DNA of 64,000 bases from Octopus vulgaris. Its lineage: Eukaryota. This document shows, piece after piece, positions 27,740 to 40,959 of the stretch; position 1 is the stretch's first letter; every line of letters begins with the position of its first letter. A program made the position numbers and the translations under genes. The stretch lies in the NCBI GenBank assembly GCA_951406725.2, contig OX597817.1, forward strand, positions 165,106,001 to 165,170,000, in the 5' to 3' direction. The notes beneath the pieces were generated by a model. The model saw nothing but the letters and a program-made list of their open reading frames with translations. It made no database searches and had not been told where the DNA came from.

Positions 27740-28262
27740 GCACAAGGCCCGAAATCTTTGGGGGAGGGAGCCTGTCGATTAGATCGACATCAGTACGTGG
27801 CTGGTACTTAATTTATCGATCCCGAAAGGATGAAAGTCAAAGTCGACCTCGGCGGGATTTGAACTCAGAGCATAAGGACAGACGAAATACCACAAGGCAT
27901 TTCGCCCGGTATGCTAACGTTTCTGCCATTGCGCCTCCACTATATCATATTAGTGTCAATGAAAGCTGTTGCGTATTTTGAATGTTGTCTTGTCATGGAT
28001 CGATTTTCGATTAATGTTCAAGCCTAAAAAAAATGAAGATGTTTTCAGTCATATACGCATCGCTTAGTTATTTCTTTACTGCCCACAAAGGGCTACACAC
28101 AGAGGGGACAAGAAAGGACAGACAAACGGATTAAGTCGATTATATCGACCCCAGTGCGTAACTGGTAATAATTTAATCGACCCCGAAAGGATCAAAGGCA
28201 AAGTCGACTTCGGCGGAATTTGAACTCAGAACGTAACGGCAGACGAAATACGGCTACGCATT
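27740..28262 (-). mobile_element. Two further SINE family B copies (27740-27940 and 28069-28262)
   Basis: Reverse complement of the core, GGATGAAAGGCAAAGTCGACCTCGGCGGAATTTGAACTC. Confidence 0.8.
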
Positions 28263-28756
28263 TTGACCTTAGAATTTATTTTACCCCTACGAGATCAAGC
28301 CACACATCATTGGTAGCCCGGGGTTATAGTAGAAGACACTTGCCCAAATTTACCACACAGCTATACATTTATTTACGACTGAATACGATAGATTTATTAG
28401 CGAAATTTATAATCTATTAAATCGATCCAACCATAAATCAGCGAAGAAGCTGTTAATGACAAATATAAGTATGACACTCTCTCTCGCTACCTCTATGTAC
28501 AGATTACAACAAAGAGCGATCGCATTGCACTACATGTCAAACAAACCACAGAACAAACAAACAAAAAAATATATAGGAAATCATTTGCAGACGTCGCGTT
28601 AATACCTTGGGTAATTTCTCACAAAACAAGATGATTACTAATGAAAGTAATGCTTATCAGATAGCTCGATACATAAATAAACGCAAGGACGAAATACACA
28701 ACGCAAATAAACGCAGCGACGACAAACGCAAGAACGACATACTAATAAATATAAAA

Positions 28757-29788
28757 GGCGGCGAGCTGGCAGAAACGTTAGCACGCCAGGCGAAATGCTG
28801 AGCGGTATTTCGTCTGCCGTTACGTTGTGAGTTCAAATTCCGCCGAGGTCGACTTTGCTTTTCATCCTTTCGGGGTCGATAAATTAAGTACCAGTTACGC
28901 ACTGGGGTCGATGTAATCGACTCAATCCCTTTGTCTATCCTGGTTTATCCCCTTTGTGTTTAGCCCCTTGTGGGTAATAAAGAAATAAGAAACGTTAGCA
29001 CGCCAGGCGAAATGCTGAGCGGTATTTCGTCTGCCGTTACGTTGTGAGTTCAAATTCCGCCGAGGTCGACTTTGCTTTTCATCCTTTCGGGGTCGATAAA
29101 TTAAGTACTAGTTACGCACTGGGGTCGATGTAATCGACTCAATCCCTTTGTCTATCCTGGTTTATCCCCTTTGTGTTTAGCCCCTTGTGGGTAATAAAGA
29201 AATAAGAAACGTCAGCACGCCGGGCGAAATGCTGAGCAGTATTTCGTCTGCCGTTACGTTCTGAGTTCAAATACCGCCGAGGTCGACTTTGCCTTTCATC
29301 CTTTCGGGGTCGATTGAATAAGTACAAGTTACGCACTGGGGTCGATGTAATCGACTTAATCCGTTTGTCTGTCCTTATTTGTCCTCTCTGTGTTTAGCCC
29401 TTGTGGGTTGTAAAGAAATAGGTATTTCATCTGCCGTTACGTTCTGAGTTCAAATTCCGTCGAGGTCGACTTTGCCTTTCATCCTTTCGGGGTCGATAAA
29501 TTAAGTACCAGTTACGCACTGGGGTCGATGTAATCGACTCAATCTCTTTGTCTATCCTGGTTTGTCCCCTCTGTGTTTAGCCCCTTGTGGGTTGTAAAGA
29601 AATAGGTATTTCGTCTGCCGTTACGTTCTGAGTTCAAATTCCGTCGAGGTCGACTTTGCCTTTCATCCTTTCGGGGTCGATTGAATAAGTACCAGTTACG
29701 CACTGGGGTCGATATAATCGACTTAATCCGTTTGTCTGTGTTTGTTTGTCCCCTCTGTGTGTAGCCCCTTGTGGGCAATAAAGAAATA
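28757..29788 (+). mobile_element. SINE family B head-to-tail pentamer with 14-bp TSD
   Basis: Units start at 28757, 28988, 29205, 29421 and 29605; flanked by ACTAATAAAT(A/G)TAA at 28741 and 29789. Confidence 0.9.
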
Positions 29789-30147
29789 ACTAATAAATGT
29801 AATCACATGATTCTTTCATCTTTTATCTTTTACCTGTTTCAGTCATTAGATTGCGGCCATGCTGGGGTACCACCTTGAATTTTTAGTCGAATGAAAGTAC
29901 CCCAGTATTAAGCCTGATACTTATTCTGTCGGTCTCTATTGCCAAAACGCCAAAAGCTACGAGGACGTAAACACACCAACACCGGTTGTGAAGTGATCTG
30001 TTGAGATCACAACGTTCATTTATAACCAATGCGTGGTCTCAACGGATTTGAAAAAAGACTGCTTTAGTTAATCAATCATATTGACATCAGTGCTTCAGTG
30101 AGTCAAGTATTTATCACACGGACCACAGTTCTATTTGCTCTATATTC

Positions 30148-30478
30148 GCATGGCTCAGTGGTTACAGCGTCGAGCTTACGATCGTGAGGTTGTGAGCTCG
30201 AATCCCGGACCGGGCTGCGTGTTGTGTTCTTGAGCAAGACACTTTATTTCACGTTGCTCCAGTTCACTCAGCTGTAGAAATGAGTTACGACGTCACGGGT
30301 GCCATACTGTATCGGTCCCTTTGCCTTTCCCTTGGATAACACTGGTGGCGTGGAGAGCAGAGGCCGGTATGCATGGGCGACTGCTGGTCTTCCATAAACA
30401 ACCATGCCCAGACTTGTGACTAGGAGGGTAACTTTCTAGGTGCAATCCCATGGTCAGTGTCGTGACCGAAGGGGGTCC
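30148..30478 (+). mobile_element. SINE family C, full length, tail Y
   Basis: GCATGGCTCAGTGGTTAC...GAGCTCGAATCCC head; ends CCCATGGTCAGTGTCGTGACCGAAGGGGGTC. Confidence 0.88.
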
Positions 30479-32091
30479 CGGATATTCGCCAAAATGTTAC
30501 TTTACTGAAAATAAACGTACACACACACACAACCTACAATCATCTTCTGTACTGTTTTCCGTCTACCGAATAGCACTCTCAAGGAATTATTGCTCCAGTC
30601 GATATTATGAGTAGAACGTACTTGCCTAAGAATCTCATCCGTGGGACCGAACTCGAAACTATGTAGTTGTAGAGCAACATTGTTAACAACGTAACCATTG
30701 CGTTTACTTATTATTTCTTATCACTACTTCGTCTGCTACTAGACGGCTATGCTTTGCGGATGAGATCAGAATAACGCTGAAACGTGTTTGGAGTTGTTTC
30801 TCATTCTTACCAGGAAACTGAAATTATGTCTACACGCTGGCATTAACCTCCTGTGGTTCAGAATGCACAGCTTCTCTCCTACCAAGTTATGTATCTCTTA
30901 TTTTTATATTTTGATCTTTTAATCCTGTTACCTGTCCCAACAATAATATTTTCGTGCAACCAGATTTATTTTACTAAAGTAGGCTTCTTTTTATTTTACT
31001 TTTATTTTTGCGGTAGGCAGTTGATATTTAAACAGGATCTTCCCATCCATACACCAGCCATTCTCAGTTACTAACCTTCACTCACTTATTAACAGGCTCT
31101 GCTTCCTACCTTTATTCACGAAAAGCAATAATCGATAGATGATTTTATCCCTGTTGAGATCCACCCATATTTTTACATAGCAACCAATAATAAGACCGCA
31201 GCGGGAACGTCAAATGTTGTGTCCTATTTGTCACAGCGCCGTTTCTTTGTTGACGTGAAAAACCACAATGGAATAAACAAAGCAAAGATCTTGGAGACCA
31301 CAATTTATAAAGATCAATGAATATGGAGGAAGACGCGGTAGTCGTGTCACTAACATATTGAACATCTCCCTTTATTGTTGTTATTGTTGGCAATTATACC
31401 TTGATCAAGCAAACCTATACTTCTTTCTCCTTGATTGTAACAAAGGGTTGCTATGTGATCGTTCGGTCTTCTAATTTGTTCTAGATTTTTACCATTATAT
31501 ACTCCGAGTTCGAATCCCATCAAAGTCAATTTTGACTTTCAATCCTCCGAGGTTGATAGAATAAAATATCAAACAGGTACTGAGATCAGTTTAATCCATT
31601 AAGCCCTAACCTAAATTTAAGGCCTTGTGCCTCTGTTACTAAGGACTACCAAGGGTGGGTGAGCAAGCAAGATCGTTAGAGCGTCGAACAAAATTTCGTG
31701 CAGTAGTTTTTGTGCTTTTTTTTTTACTTTCTAAGCTCAAATCACGCCGAGGTCAGCTTTGCCTTTCGTCTTTTAGAGATCGATAAAATAAGTACCAGTG
31801 CCCCTAAAATCGATCATCTTGTACCAACATATGAAGCCATTAAAAGAAGGCAGCGACCTGCAGAATGGTTACCGTGCTGGACAAAATGCTTAGCAGTGTT
31901 TTTCCGTCCTTACGTACTAGATTCAAATTCTGCCGAGGTCGACTTTACCTTTCATCCTTTTGGATTCAATAAAATAAGTACGAATTGAGTTCTAGGGTCG
32001 ATGCAGTAAACATCCAATTATTAACTGGAAAAATTATCAGAGGAGCCATTTCTATTCATTCTTTTCATACATTTATACACATGTACATTCT

Positions 32092-32650
32092 GAGACCTCC
32101 TTCGGTTATGACACAGACCATGGGATTGCACCACCTAGAAAGTTACCTATTTCTTTATTACCCACAAGGGGCTAAACATAGAGGGGACAAACAAGGACAG
32201 ACATAGGTATTATGTCGATTGCATCAACCCCAGTGCGTAACTGGTACTTAATTTATCGACCCCGAAAGGATGAAAGGCAAAGTCGACCTAGGCGGAATTT
32301 GAACTCACAACGTAACGGCAGACGAAGTACTGCAAAGCATTTCGCCCGGTGTGCTAACGCTTCTGCTAGCTCGCCGCCTTGCTACCCTCCCAGGCACAAG
32401 TCCGGGAAAGGTTGTTTATGGAAGACCAGCAGTCGTCCATGCATGCCGGCCTCCCCTCTCCACGCAACCAGTGTCATCCAAGGGAAAGGCAAAGGCTGAT
32501 ACAGCTTGGCACCTGTGACGTCGCGACTCACTTCTACAGCTGAGTGAACTGGAGCAACGTGAAATAAAGTGTCTTACTCAAGACACTCCGCCCGGTCCGG
32601 GATTCGAGCTCACGATTGTAAGCTCGACGCTCTAAACATCGAGCCATGCC
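32092..32650 (-). mobile_element. SINE family C (tail Y) interrupted by a nested family B copy (32148-32380)
   Basis: The family C sequence resumes on both sides of the B insertion; short G(T/C)TACC duplication at the junctions. Confidence 0.8.
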
Positions 32651-32860
32651 GATTCACCTGAGATGGCCAGATAATCGAAGATGATGGTGATGTGGATTTC
32701 CACCTCGGCATCCGAAACCCAGAGTTTTATCTTGGCTATTGAATAATTGTCACACATTATTTTACAGATAAATTTCCTCTATTTACATAATATTGAGGTC
32801 TCGTTCTTTCTTTTGTTATCTTACCGTTTTCACCAATATATATATATATATATATATATA

Positions 32861-33070
32861 TGACGGGAAGCTTTATGAAAATAAACAAAAGACTAAGGCA
32901 GGTGGAATACAAACAAACAATTGTATTAGTATGGCGCTCAGGAATATAAATAAAACAAGTCTTTTACGTTTCGAGCCTACGCTCTTCAACAGAAAGATAC
33001 ACAGAAAAGAAACACGGAGAGAAACAAGGAGAGAAAAAAAATGCGTGCAGAAGCTAGCGAATCAACATGA
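32861..33070 (-). mobile_element. ~210-bp Penelope-like element in (TA)n with minimal hammerhead
   Basis: Minus strand TCTTT-CTGTTGA-A-GAGC-GTAG-GCTC-GAAACGTA-AAAGA (32960-32997); near-identical to 57501 and similar to 35085. Confidence 0.7.
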
Positions 33071-33093
33071 TACATGTGTGTGTGTGTGTGTGA

Positions 33094-33154
<61 letters not shown>

Positions 33155-33182
33155 TATACGTATATAGATATACAGACAGATC

Positions 33183-33236
<54 letters not shown>

Positions 33237-33675
33237 AAGGGAGAGAGAGAGAAGAGTGAGAAGAGAAAGAGAGAGAAGTGAGTAAGAGTAAATAAAAAAA
33301 ACAGAGGATACGAATTATAAAGTGGTCTTTATTCTAACTTTAGGCAAGCAGAAATAGTTCGGTTGGTAAGTGTATGTGTGCAGTTAATTATGTGTATGTG
33401 TGTGTGCTTGTATGCGTGCGTGCGTGTGTGTGTATATGTATGTATGTGTGCGTGCATATGTATGTATATGTATCCTCTGTAGCATTCGGAATTACGTTTC
33501 TCTGTACCGGATTCTTGGTTCGTCGCAGAAAGTCGAAAGGACATCACGTGACTGAGACTATATACGTGTTTTCTGTGACCTTCTTTCACTCAATGACTTA
33601 AGCTATGCTCGATTCTTCTGGGTTTGTATATCGACATATGAATGTTTTGTCAATGTTATTTGCGTATCTGCTTGT

Positions 33676-33728
<53 letters not shown>

Positions 33729-33816
33729 TGTCAGTGTATGTGTATGGCAGAGAGAATTTATTTACGTGCGTCGATGTATGTATAAGTCTGTAAGTAAACA
33801 AATAATGGGATAACAA

Positions 33817-33854
<38 letters not shown>

Positions 33855-34000
33855 TACATACACTAGCAGATATATCGGCCATGGTTTTTTTAATTCTTTT
33901 ACTTGTTTCGATCATGTGACTGCGGTCATGCCGGAGCACCGCTATATTATGGGAGCGTAAACACAGCAGCATCGGTTGTCAAGCAATGGTGGGAGTACAA

Positions 34001-34052
<52 letters not shown>

Positions 34053-34195
34053 GTATATACATGTATATATATATATACATATACATATATATATGCATAT
34101 ATATATATATACATACATATACATAAATATACATATATATATATACATATATATACACATATAAATATATGCATATATGTATATATGTACATATT

Positions 34196-34226
<31 letters not shown>

Positions 34227-34232
34227 TTATAT

Positions 34233-34289
<57 letters not shown>

Positions 34290-34292
<3 letters not shown>

Positions 34293-34540
34293 CGGAATGG
34301 TCATATTGCCAGTTTAGCCAATAAAAACACACGCACTATATATTTGGTGTTATTTTGCTTCAGTGATATTTATTTTTTACATTAATCTTAATCTTATTTC
34401 GGCCAAAGTTCTTTCGTCACACTCCTGTGACCGCATCAGTGGTCCTTTGTTTTCTTCTCACTTACTTGTGTCTCTCCTTACTAACCGTCAGCCATTTTGT
34501 ATTTCTATTCACATAAAAAATCTTGCACAACAAATATTTA
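34290..34540 (-). mobile_element. Penelope-like short element in (TA)n with variant hammerhead-like motif
   Basis: Minus strand GGACCA-CTGATGC-G-GTCAC-AGGAGT-GTGAC-GAAAGAACTT-TGGCC (34401-34445). Confidence 0.5.
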
Positions 34541-34543
34541 AAC

Positions 34544-34588
<45 letters not shown>

Positions 34589-34593
34589 AATAT

Positions 34594-34643
<50 letters not shown>

Positions 34644-34869
34644 GTATACACACAAAGATATAAATAGACACACACACATACATACATATACAAATATGGA
34701 CATAAATACATATTGAAAGTAATGGAAATGAAACTAATAGATACATAATGAAAGTATTTGAAATAGAAACCATATAACAGTGAAAGTAATAATAGTGATG
34801 CTATTGTTTTACTTATGACACGTAATACTAAAATAGTGTAAGAGATAAGAGATTGTTCCGGGCTCACAT

Positions 34870-35033
34870 TAGGCAAGAAACTGAAAATTTTTTGGGCCCA
34901 TGACACTGCATGGACGCTAAGTAAGGCACGTGTAAAATTTGAATGAAATCAGTTGGGTAGTTCTCGAGCTTTAGTGATGCACACATACAGACACGAACAG
35001 ACAGACACACATTCCCAATTTTATATATATAGA
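34870..35033 (-). mobile_element. Helitron-like non-autonomous element, 5' end
   Basis: Minus strand starts A|TCTATATATATAAAA followed by TGTCTGTC repeats and CCAACTGATTTCATTCAAATTTTACAC; same type of 5' end as 13329. Confidence 0.55.
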
Positions 35034-35084
35034 TGTGAGTTTTATATATATAGTTGTGTATGTGTGTGTGCATATACATATATA

Positions 35085-35272
35085 TATGTTGGATCGTTAG
35101 CCCCTACACGCAATTTTTTTCTCTCCTTGTTTCTTTTCTCTGTATCTTTCTGTCGAAGGGCGTAGGCTCGAAACGTAAAAGACTTGTTTTATTTCTATTC
35201 CTGAGCGCCATACTAATACATTGTTTGTTTGTACTCCACCTGCCTTCGTCTTTTGTTTATTTTCGTAAACCG
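35085..35272 (+). mobile_element. Penelope-like short element with minimal hammerhead
   Basis: TCTTT-CTGTCGA-A-GGGC-GTAG-GCTC-GAAACGTA-AAAGA (35145-35182). Confidence 0.7.
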
Positions 35273-35275
35273 TTA

Positions 35276-35874
35276 TGATTGATTGATTGATTGATTGATT
35301 CTAGTTTCAGCTCACGAGCTGTGGCCATGCTGGGGCACCGCCATCTGGTGTTGCTACATGGTTTTACTTCACGAATGCTTTTTAGCAACTGCCATTTGGT
35401 GCATGAGAGAGTTCGATGCAGCTGCCCTCATCTGCACCTCCTGCCGTGAAGTTGGTTCATCTGGGATACCTGACAAGAAGAGATCCAGTTTCATTTTAAA
35501 GACATCTGCATCCACCCCATGCAGGTCTCTTAGGTTCTTCGGGAGGATATTGAGGAGCTGTGGGCCTCTGAAGCCCAGGCTATCACAGTATCTTGTCCTA
35601 CATCTTGATGGCAAATTTGGAGTTCTATGCACTACGCAGTGGCGCCCGGTTCTGGCATTTGTGTAACTCTCGATGCCAAAGTTTGGGACAAGTCCCTCCA
35701 GGATCTTCCAGATGTATATTATGGCATATCTTTCTCGCCTACGCTCCAAGGAATAGAGTTTTAATCTCTTGAGTCTTTCCCAGTAGCTTATATTCTGCAC
35801 AGAGGCTATCTTCTTCGTGTAGCTACGTTGAATCGCCTCAAGTTCTGTGATCAACTTGACACTGGATGGTGACC
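35276..35874 (-). mobile_element. 5'-truncated CR1/L2-group LINE: ORF2 C-terminus, 3' UTR and (ATCA)n tail
   Basis: Open frame SP...LEAIQRSYTKKI...SYWERLKRLKLYSLERRRERYAIIYIWKIL...FKMKLDLFL..IPDEP, motifs typical of CR1-group ORF2 C-termini; stop at 35369; microsatellite tail. Confidence 0.9.
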
Positions 35875-35890
35875 CACACATATATATATG

Positions 35891-36122
35891 CAGCAATCCC
35901 TCACCATATCGCAGTTCACCTATCGCAGTTCACCTTTCGTGATATATCATTTAAGCTTACTTCGATTCCTCCGTGGTGTTCTTTGGCATTTGTAATAAAA
36001 TAAATATATACAAATTATAAAAATGATTTTAAAAAAATATACAGTACTGTTTCTACTTCGTGGATTTTCACGTATGGCAGGGATTTGGGAACGTATCACC
36101 CGAAATATTCGAGGGATTACTC
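35891..36122. mobile_element. pogo/Tigger-like MITE
   Basis: TIRs CAGCAATCCCTC...GAGGGATTACT(C) with subterminal TATCGCAGTTCACC repeats. Confidence 0.7.
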
Positions 36123-36531
36123 TTTACTCTTTTACTTGTTTCAGTCATTTGACTGCGGCCATGCTGGAGCATCGCCTTTAATCGAGCAAATCGACCCCGG
36201 GACTTATTCTTTTTTTGTAAGCCCAGTACTTATTCTATCGGTCTCTTTTGCCGAACCACTAAGTGACGGGGACATAAACACACCAGCATCGGTTGTCAAG
36301 CAATGCTATGGGGACAAACACAGACACACAAACACACACACGCATACATATATATATATACATATATACGACGGGCTTCTTTCAGTTTCCGTCTACCAAA
36401 TCCACTCACAAGGCTTTGGTCGGCCCGAGGCTATAGTAGAAGACACTTACCCAAGGTGCCACGCAGTGGGACTGAACCCGGAACCATGTGGTTTGTAGAG
36501 AGGCTACTTACCATACAGCCACTCCTGCGCC
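36121..36531 (-). mobile_element. SINE family A, full length
   Basis: Matches the other family A copies. Confidence 0.92.
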
Positions 36532-37279
36532 TCCATATATTTTTATATGTGTATATGTATATATATGTATGTATACATGTATATGTTTATATATATACAT
36601 GAAGTGTGTGTATGTGTATGTGTATGCGTGTATGCTTATGAGTGTCAGAATACTTTAATGATTGCGATTATTTCGTACAATAGTCTGACCGCAGTTTTAA
36701 AATGTTTTTAGTTACTTTAAAAAATCACCGACTCACACCCGGGTTTTCAAAAAAAAATATACGTTTCTAATTTTCCAAACTTTTACTGATGGAAAGAAAA
36801 AATTGTGTGTAAACGTTTTACACGATTCTAGAATTACATGCACATATACATGCTAGTTTTGTTGTATTCTAATAACGAATTGCAGTTTAACATGTTACTA
36901 ATTGTGCCGTTTATTGTGGGTAGCTATACGTTTTCATGTTTATACAACAATTCCCTATATATTTAGATAGAGAGGCCTAACGTTATGAAGTCGAAGTCAT
37001 TTTCTAAACACCTCGAATTAGCTACACTATGCGTCAGTAGCACTCACTTTTCGTTTCTTTCCGTTTCCCTTGAATACTGCTGAAAGTGGGTATACAACAG
37101 TATATCGAATATAAAACAGAATATACAATTATACATCGATTTCTTATGCGACATTTTGTTATCAAAATCTACAAGCTGTATGATATTTTTAACCAAAGAA
37201 TTCAAGGTAGCAGTAATCATAGCATTGCAGTATATTTTCGAAGTCTGTCCCTATATATTTAATTTCTCTCTCTTTCTTC

Positions 37280-37353
<74 letters not shown>

Positions 37354-37456
37354 CTTTCTTTCTCTCTCTTTCACTCACTCACTCTCTCTCTCTCTCTTTC
37401 ACTCACTCTCTCTCTCTCTCTCTCTCTTTCTAGCTGCCTGTATGTCTGATTGTCTG

Positions 37457-37516
<60 letters not shown>

Positions 37517-38034
37517 CCTACCTACCTACCTACCTACCTACCCATCCTCCCACCTACCCATCCACCTACCTACCTACCTACCTACCTACCTACCTACCTA
37601 CCTACATACATAACTACCTATCTATCTATCTACCTATCTATCTACCTAGCTACCTACCTACCTACCTACCTACCTACATACATAACTACCTATCTATCTA
37701 TCTACCTATCTATCTACCTAGCTATCTATCTATCTACCTATCTATCTTATCAATCTTATCTATCTATCTATCAATCTATCTATCAATCTATCTATCTATC
37801 TATCTGTCTATCTTACTATTTCTATGTGTTTGCATATCTGTCTATAAGTAGGTACTTGTTTAAGAGCATGTATTGGTGTGCATGTGTACATATGTCATTA
37901 GTTGTGGGTGTATGTTTAGTTGCCAAACGAAGGCACTGTCCTTATTTAGAGGGTCACGCATACAAATATACATAATGCATATATATACAGATCTGTGTAT
38001 ATTTTTATGAAATGTATAAATAAATATGAAGGTT

Positions 38035-38089
<55 letters not shown>

Positions 38090-38292
38090 TGCATACATAT
38101 ATGTGTAGGAGGGTATCCATTCATACATACATACATACATATATATACATACATACACACATACATATATACATACATAGTATGTGTTTATATTCATATA
38201 ATACAAATACAACTCGATTGGGAGCACGAAAACCTCAAAACAGGGACAAAAGTTATGTTGTGTGTACGAATACTTACAAGTGGGCATATAAA

Positions 38293-38345
<53 letters not shown>

Positions 38346-38645
38346 TCATATATGCATGCAATCGTATATAAATAGACACATGCACATGTGTATTTATATA
38401 GGATTGTATACACGATTATATTTATGTGTACGTCTTCAATGTTTTTATGTAAATTTGTGTGTAAATGGTGTGTTTTTGTGGTTCCTGTTTAGTGAAACTA
38501 GGAGGAATAACACAATCTTTAGTTTCGAAAGAAATTGAAGATTTTGGTGCAAGTTTGAAACTAGCGTGTGAATATAGCTGCGTGGTTGCGTATATACATT
38601 ATTTGTTCGTCCATACATACATACATACATACAATAATACATACA

Positions 38646-38990
38646 TTTATTTATTTATGGCTGCCCCCTCGTTATCGAGTATGGCCATTGCACGAAGCTT
38701 AACTGTTACTGGTGCTATGATCGGATGTGACTTTTTAGCCCAGCTAAAGATCTACAATGGCTTGTACAAAATTGGCAACTAAAACCTTTACTGGTAATAG
38801 CCGGCTGTAGTTGTAACTTGGCTTCATGTACATTTGCATGTCGTTCAAGTCCTCCTGCCGAATCACACTCTTTTCCATATGCCCGACAGATATGATTAGT
38901 ATGGTGTGTTACACCACCGCCAGTGGCCAGGTTGTCACTCATCTGTCTCGTTTTATGACTAAGAAAATGACTCATGAGTCCAGCTTTACT
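38646..38990 (-). mobile_element. 3' end of an RTE-type LINE with two C2H2-like zinc fingers and (TAAA)n tail
   Basis: ICRAYGKECDSAGGLERHANVH (degenerate finger) and FSCQFCTSHCRSLAGLKSHIRS*H, then a short UTR and ATAAATAAATAAAT. Confidence 0.6.
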
Positions 38991-39087
38991 GAGGCAGGGG
39001 CTTGCACAGACATTGCATACATACATACATACATACATACATACATACATACATACATACATACATACATACATACATACATACATC

Positions 39088-39398
39088 AGGAGACCCCCTT
39101 CGGTCATGAATGACCATGGGATTACACCTAGAAAGTTAACCTCCGAGGCACAAGTCCGGGCAAGGTTGTTTGTGGAAGGCCAGCTGTCGCCCATGCATAC
39201 CAGCCTCCCCTCTCCACACCACTGATGTTATCCAAGGGAAAGGCAAAGGCCGATACAGCTTGGCACCAGTGATGTCGCAACTCATTTCTACAGCTGAGTT
39301 AACTGGAGCAACGTGAAATAAAGTGTCTTGCTCAAGAACACAACATGCAGCTCGGTCTGAGAATCGAACTCACAACCTCATGATCGTAAGCACAATGC

Positions 39399-39400
<2 letters not shown>
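39088..39400 (-). mobile_element. SINE family C (tail Y) inserted in (TACA)n
   Basis: Homologous to 30148-30478. Confidence 0.85.
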
Positions 39401-39429
<29 letters not shown>

Positions 39430-39439
39430 CATACATACA

Positions 39440-39473
<34 letters not shown>

Positions 39474-40094
39474 AATACATAGGCACGCACACACATATGT
39501 GTATGTGTATGTGTGTGTATGTATAGATATATACATATATATATCTGTACATATTTATGTATGTATGAATATATATTTGTGCATATAAAAATATGTGCGT
39601 TTGTGATTTTATGATTGTGTAGAACGTAAAAAACTACATGTCTCGTGGCAGCTCTGCAGAAAAAAAAACTTAGTCGTTAAACTCTTTAAGACTAATTACC
39701 AAATGTATGTAAACACACCCAGTGTACTGTATATGTGTATTAGTTCCAAATAAGAAATATTTGTTCAAACAGTCTATATCAGAATACGGGTGTATATATT
39801 TGTACATATATATATACGCGTATATGTGCGTGTGTATTCATACGTCCACACAATGCCTATTTTGTTAAATTTCTTAATCTTTTAATTCCTTATTTAAAAT
39901 TTTTTTTACTGAATATGTTATCGTTTTTTTATCTTTTATTTTGAAACTGTTCAAGGATTTATATATGGAGAATGGACTAAACAGAATAGGACGAGACACA
40001 TAAAATGGAAGAATCACTGAGGAGGTCACAGATGTGTGGTAAAAGATTTCCAGACAATGTACAGAAGATAAAATAAGAACAATAATCTTTTCTG

Positions 40095-40520
40095 CTCTAG
40101 GCACAAAACTCGAAATTCTGTGGGAGTGGGCCAGTCGATTAGATTGACACCAGTACGCAACTGGTACTTAATTTATCAACCCCGAAAGGAAGAAAGGCAA
40201 AGTCGACCTCGTCGAAATTTGAACTCAGAACGTAAAGACATACTAAATACCTATTTCTTTACTACCCACAAGGGGCTAAACACAGAAGGGACAAACAAGG
40301 ACAGACAAACGGATTAAGCCGATTATATCGACCCCAGTGCATAACTGGTACACACACACACATATATATATACGATGGGATTCTTTCAGTTTCCGTCTTC
40401 CAAATCTACTCACAAGGCACCGGACGGCCCGAGGCTATAGCAGAAGACACTTAGCCAAGGTTCCACGCAGTGGGATTGAACCCAGAACGATGGTTCTTAC
40501 CACACAGCCACGCCTGCGTC
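40095..40520 (-). mobile_element. SINE family B partial dimer (40095-40350) adjoining a family A 5' half (40371-40520)
   Basis: Family diagnostic motifs; multimer junction AAATACC|TATTTC at ~40250. Confidence 0.75.
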
Positions 40521-40959
40521 TATATACATACAAATTTTAAAAAAGTTAAAAATTGATAAATAAATTAAAAACATGTGTGTGTGTGTGTGTCTGTGTCTGT
40601 GTGCGTGTATGTGTGTGTGTAGCTGATAAGAACATATACTATATATATATTTATAAAAACAATGCAACATTGAACTAACGAATTACTTAATACTTTTTTG
40701 TATAACACCTGTTTATTAAAGTTTTATAAGTAGAAGGCGGATATCGATCTAAATTTTAGCTTGAGTATGTGTTTGTGTGTGTGTGCTCGTGTGTGTATGT
40801 GTGTATCTGTGTGTGTGTGTTTGCATGGTGTTTGTGTGCATGCGTATGTACATACACACACATTTGTATATATATATATTATGTATATATACTTATATGC
40901 ACATTATGTTGTACATATATATGTATTCGTACATAAATATATATATAAATTTTAATATA

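Noticed and set aside
28757-29788. Regularly spaced repeats resembling a CRISPR array or satellite
   Set aside because: No unique spacers; the units are SINE bodies inside one TSD; eukaryotic context with no cas genes.
30148-30215. tRNA-like heads of SINE families A, B and C as tRNA genes
   Set aside because: Acceptor and anticodon stems do not close, and each continues into a SINE body.
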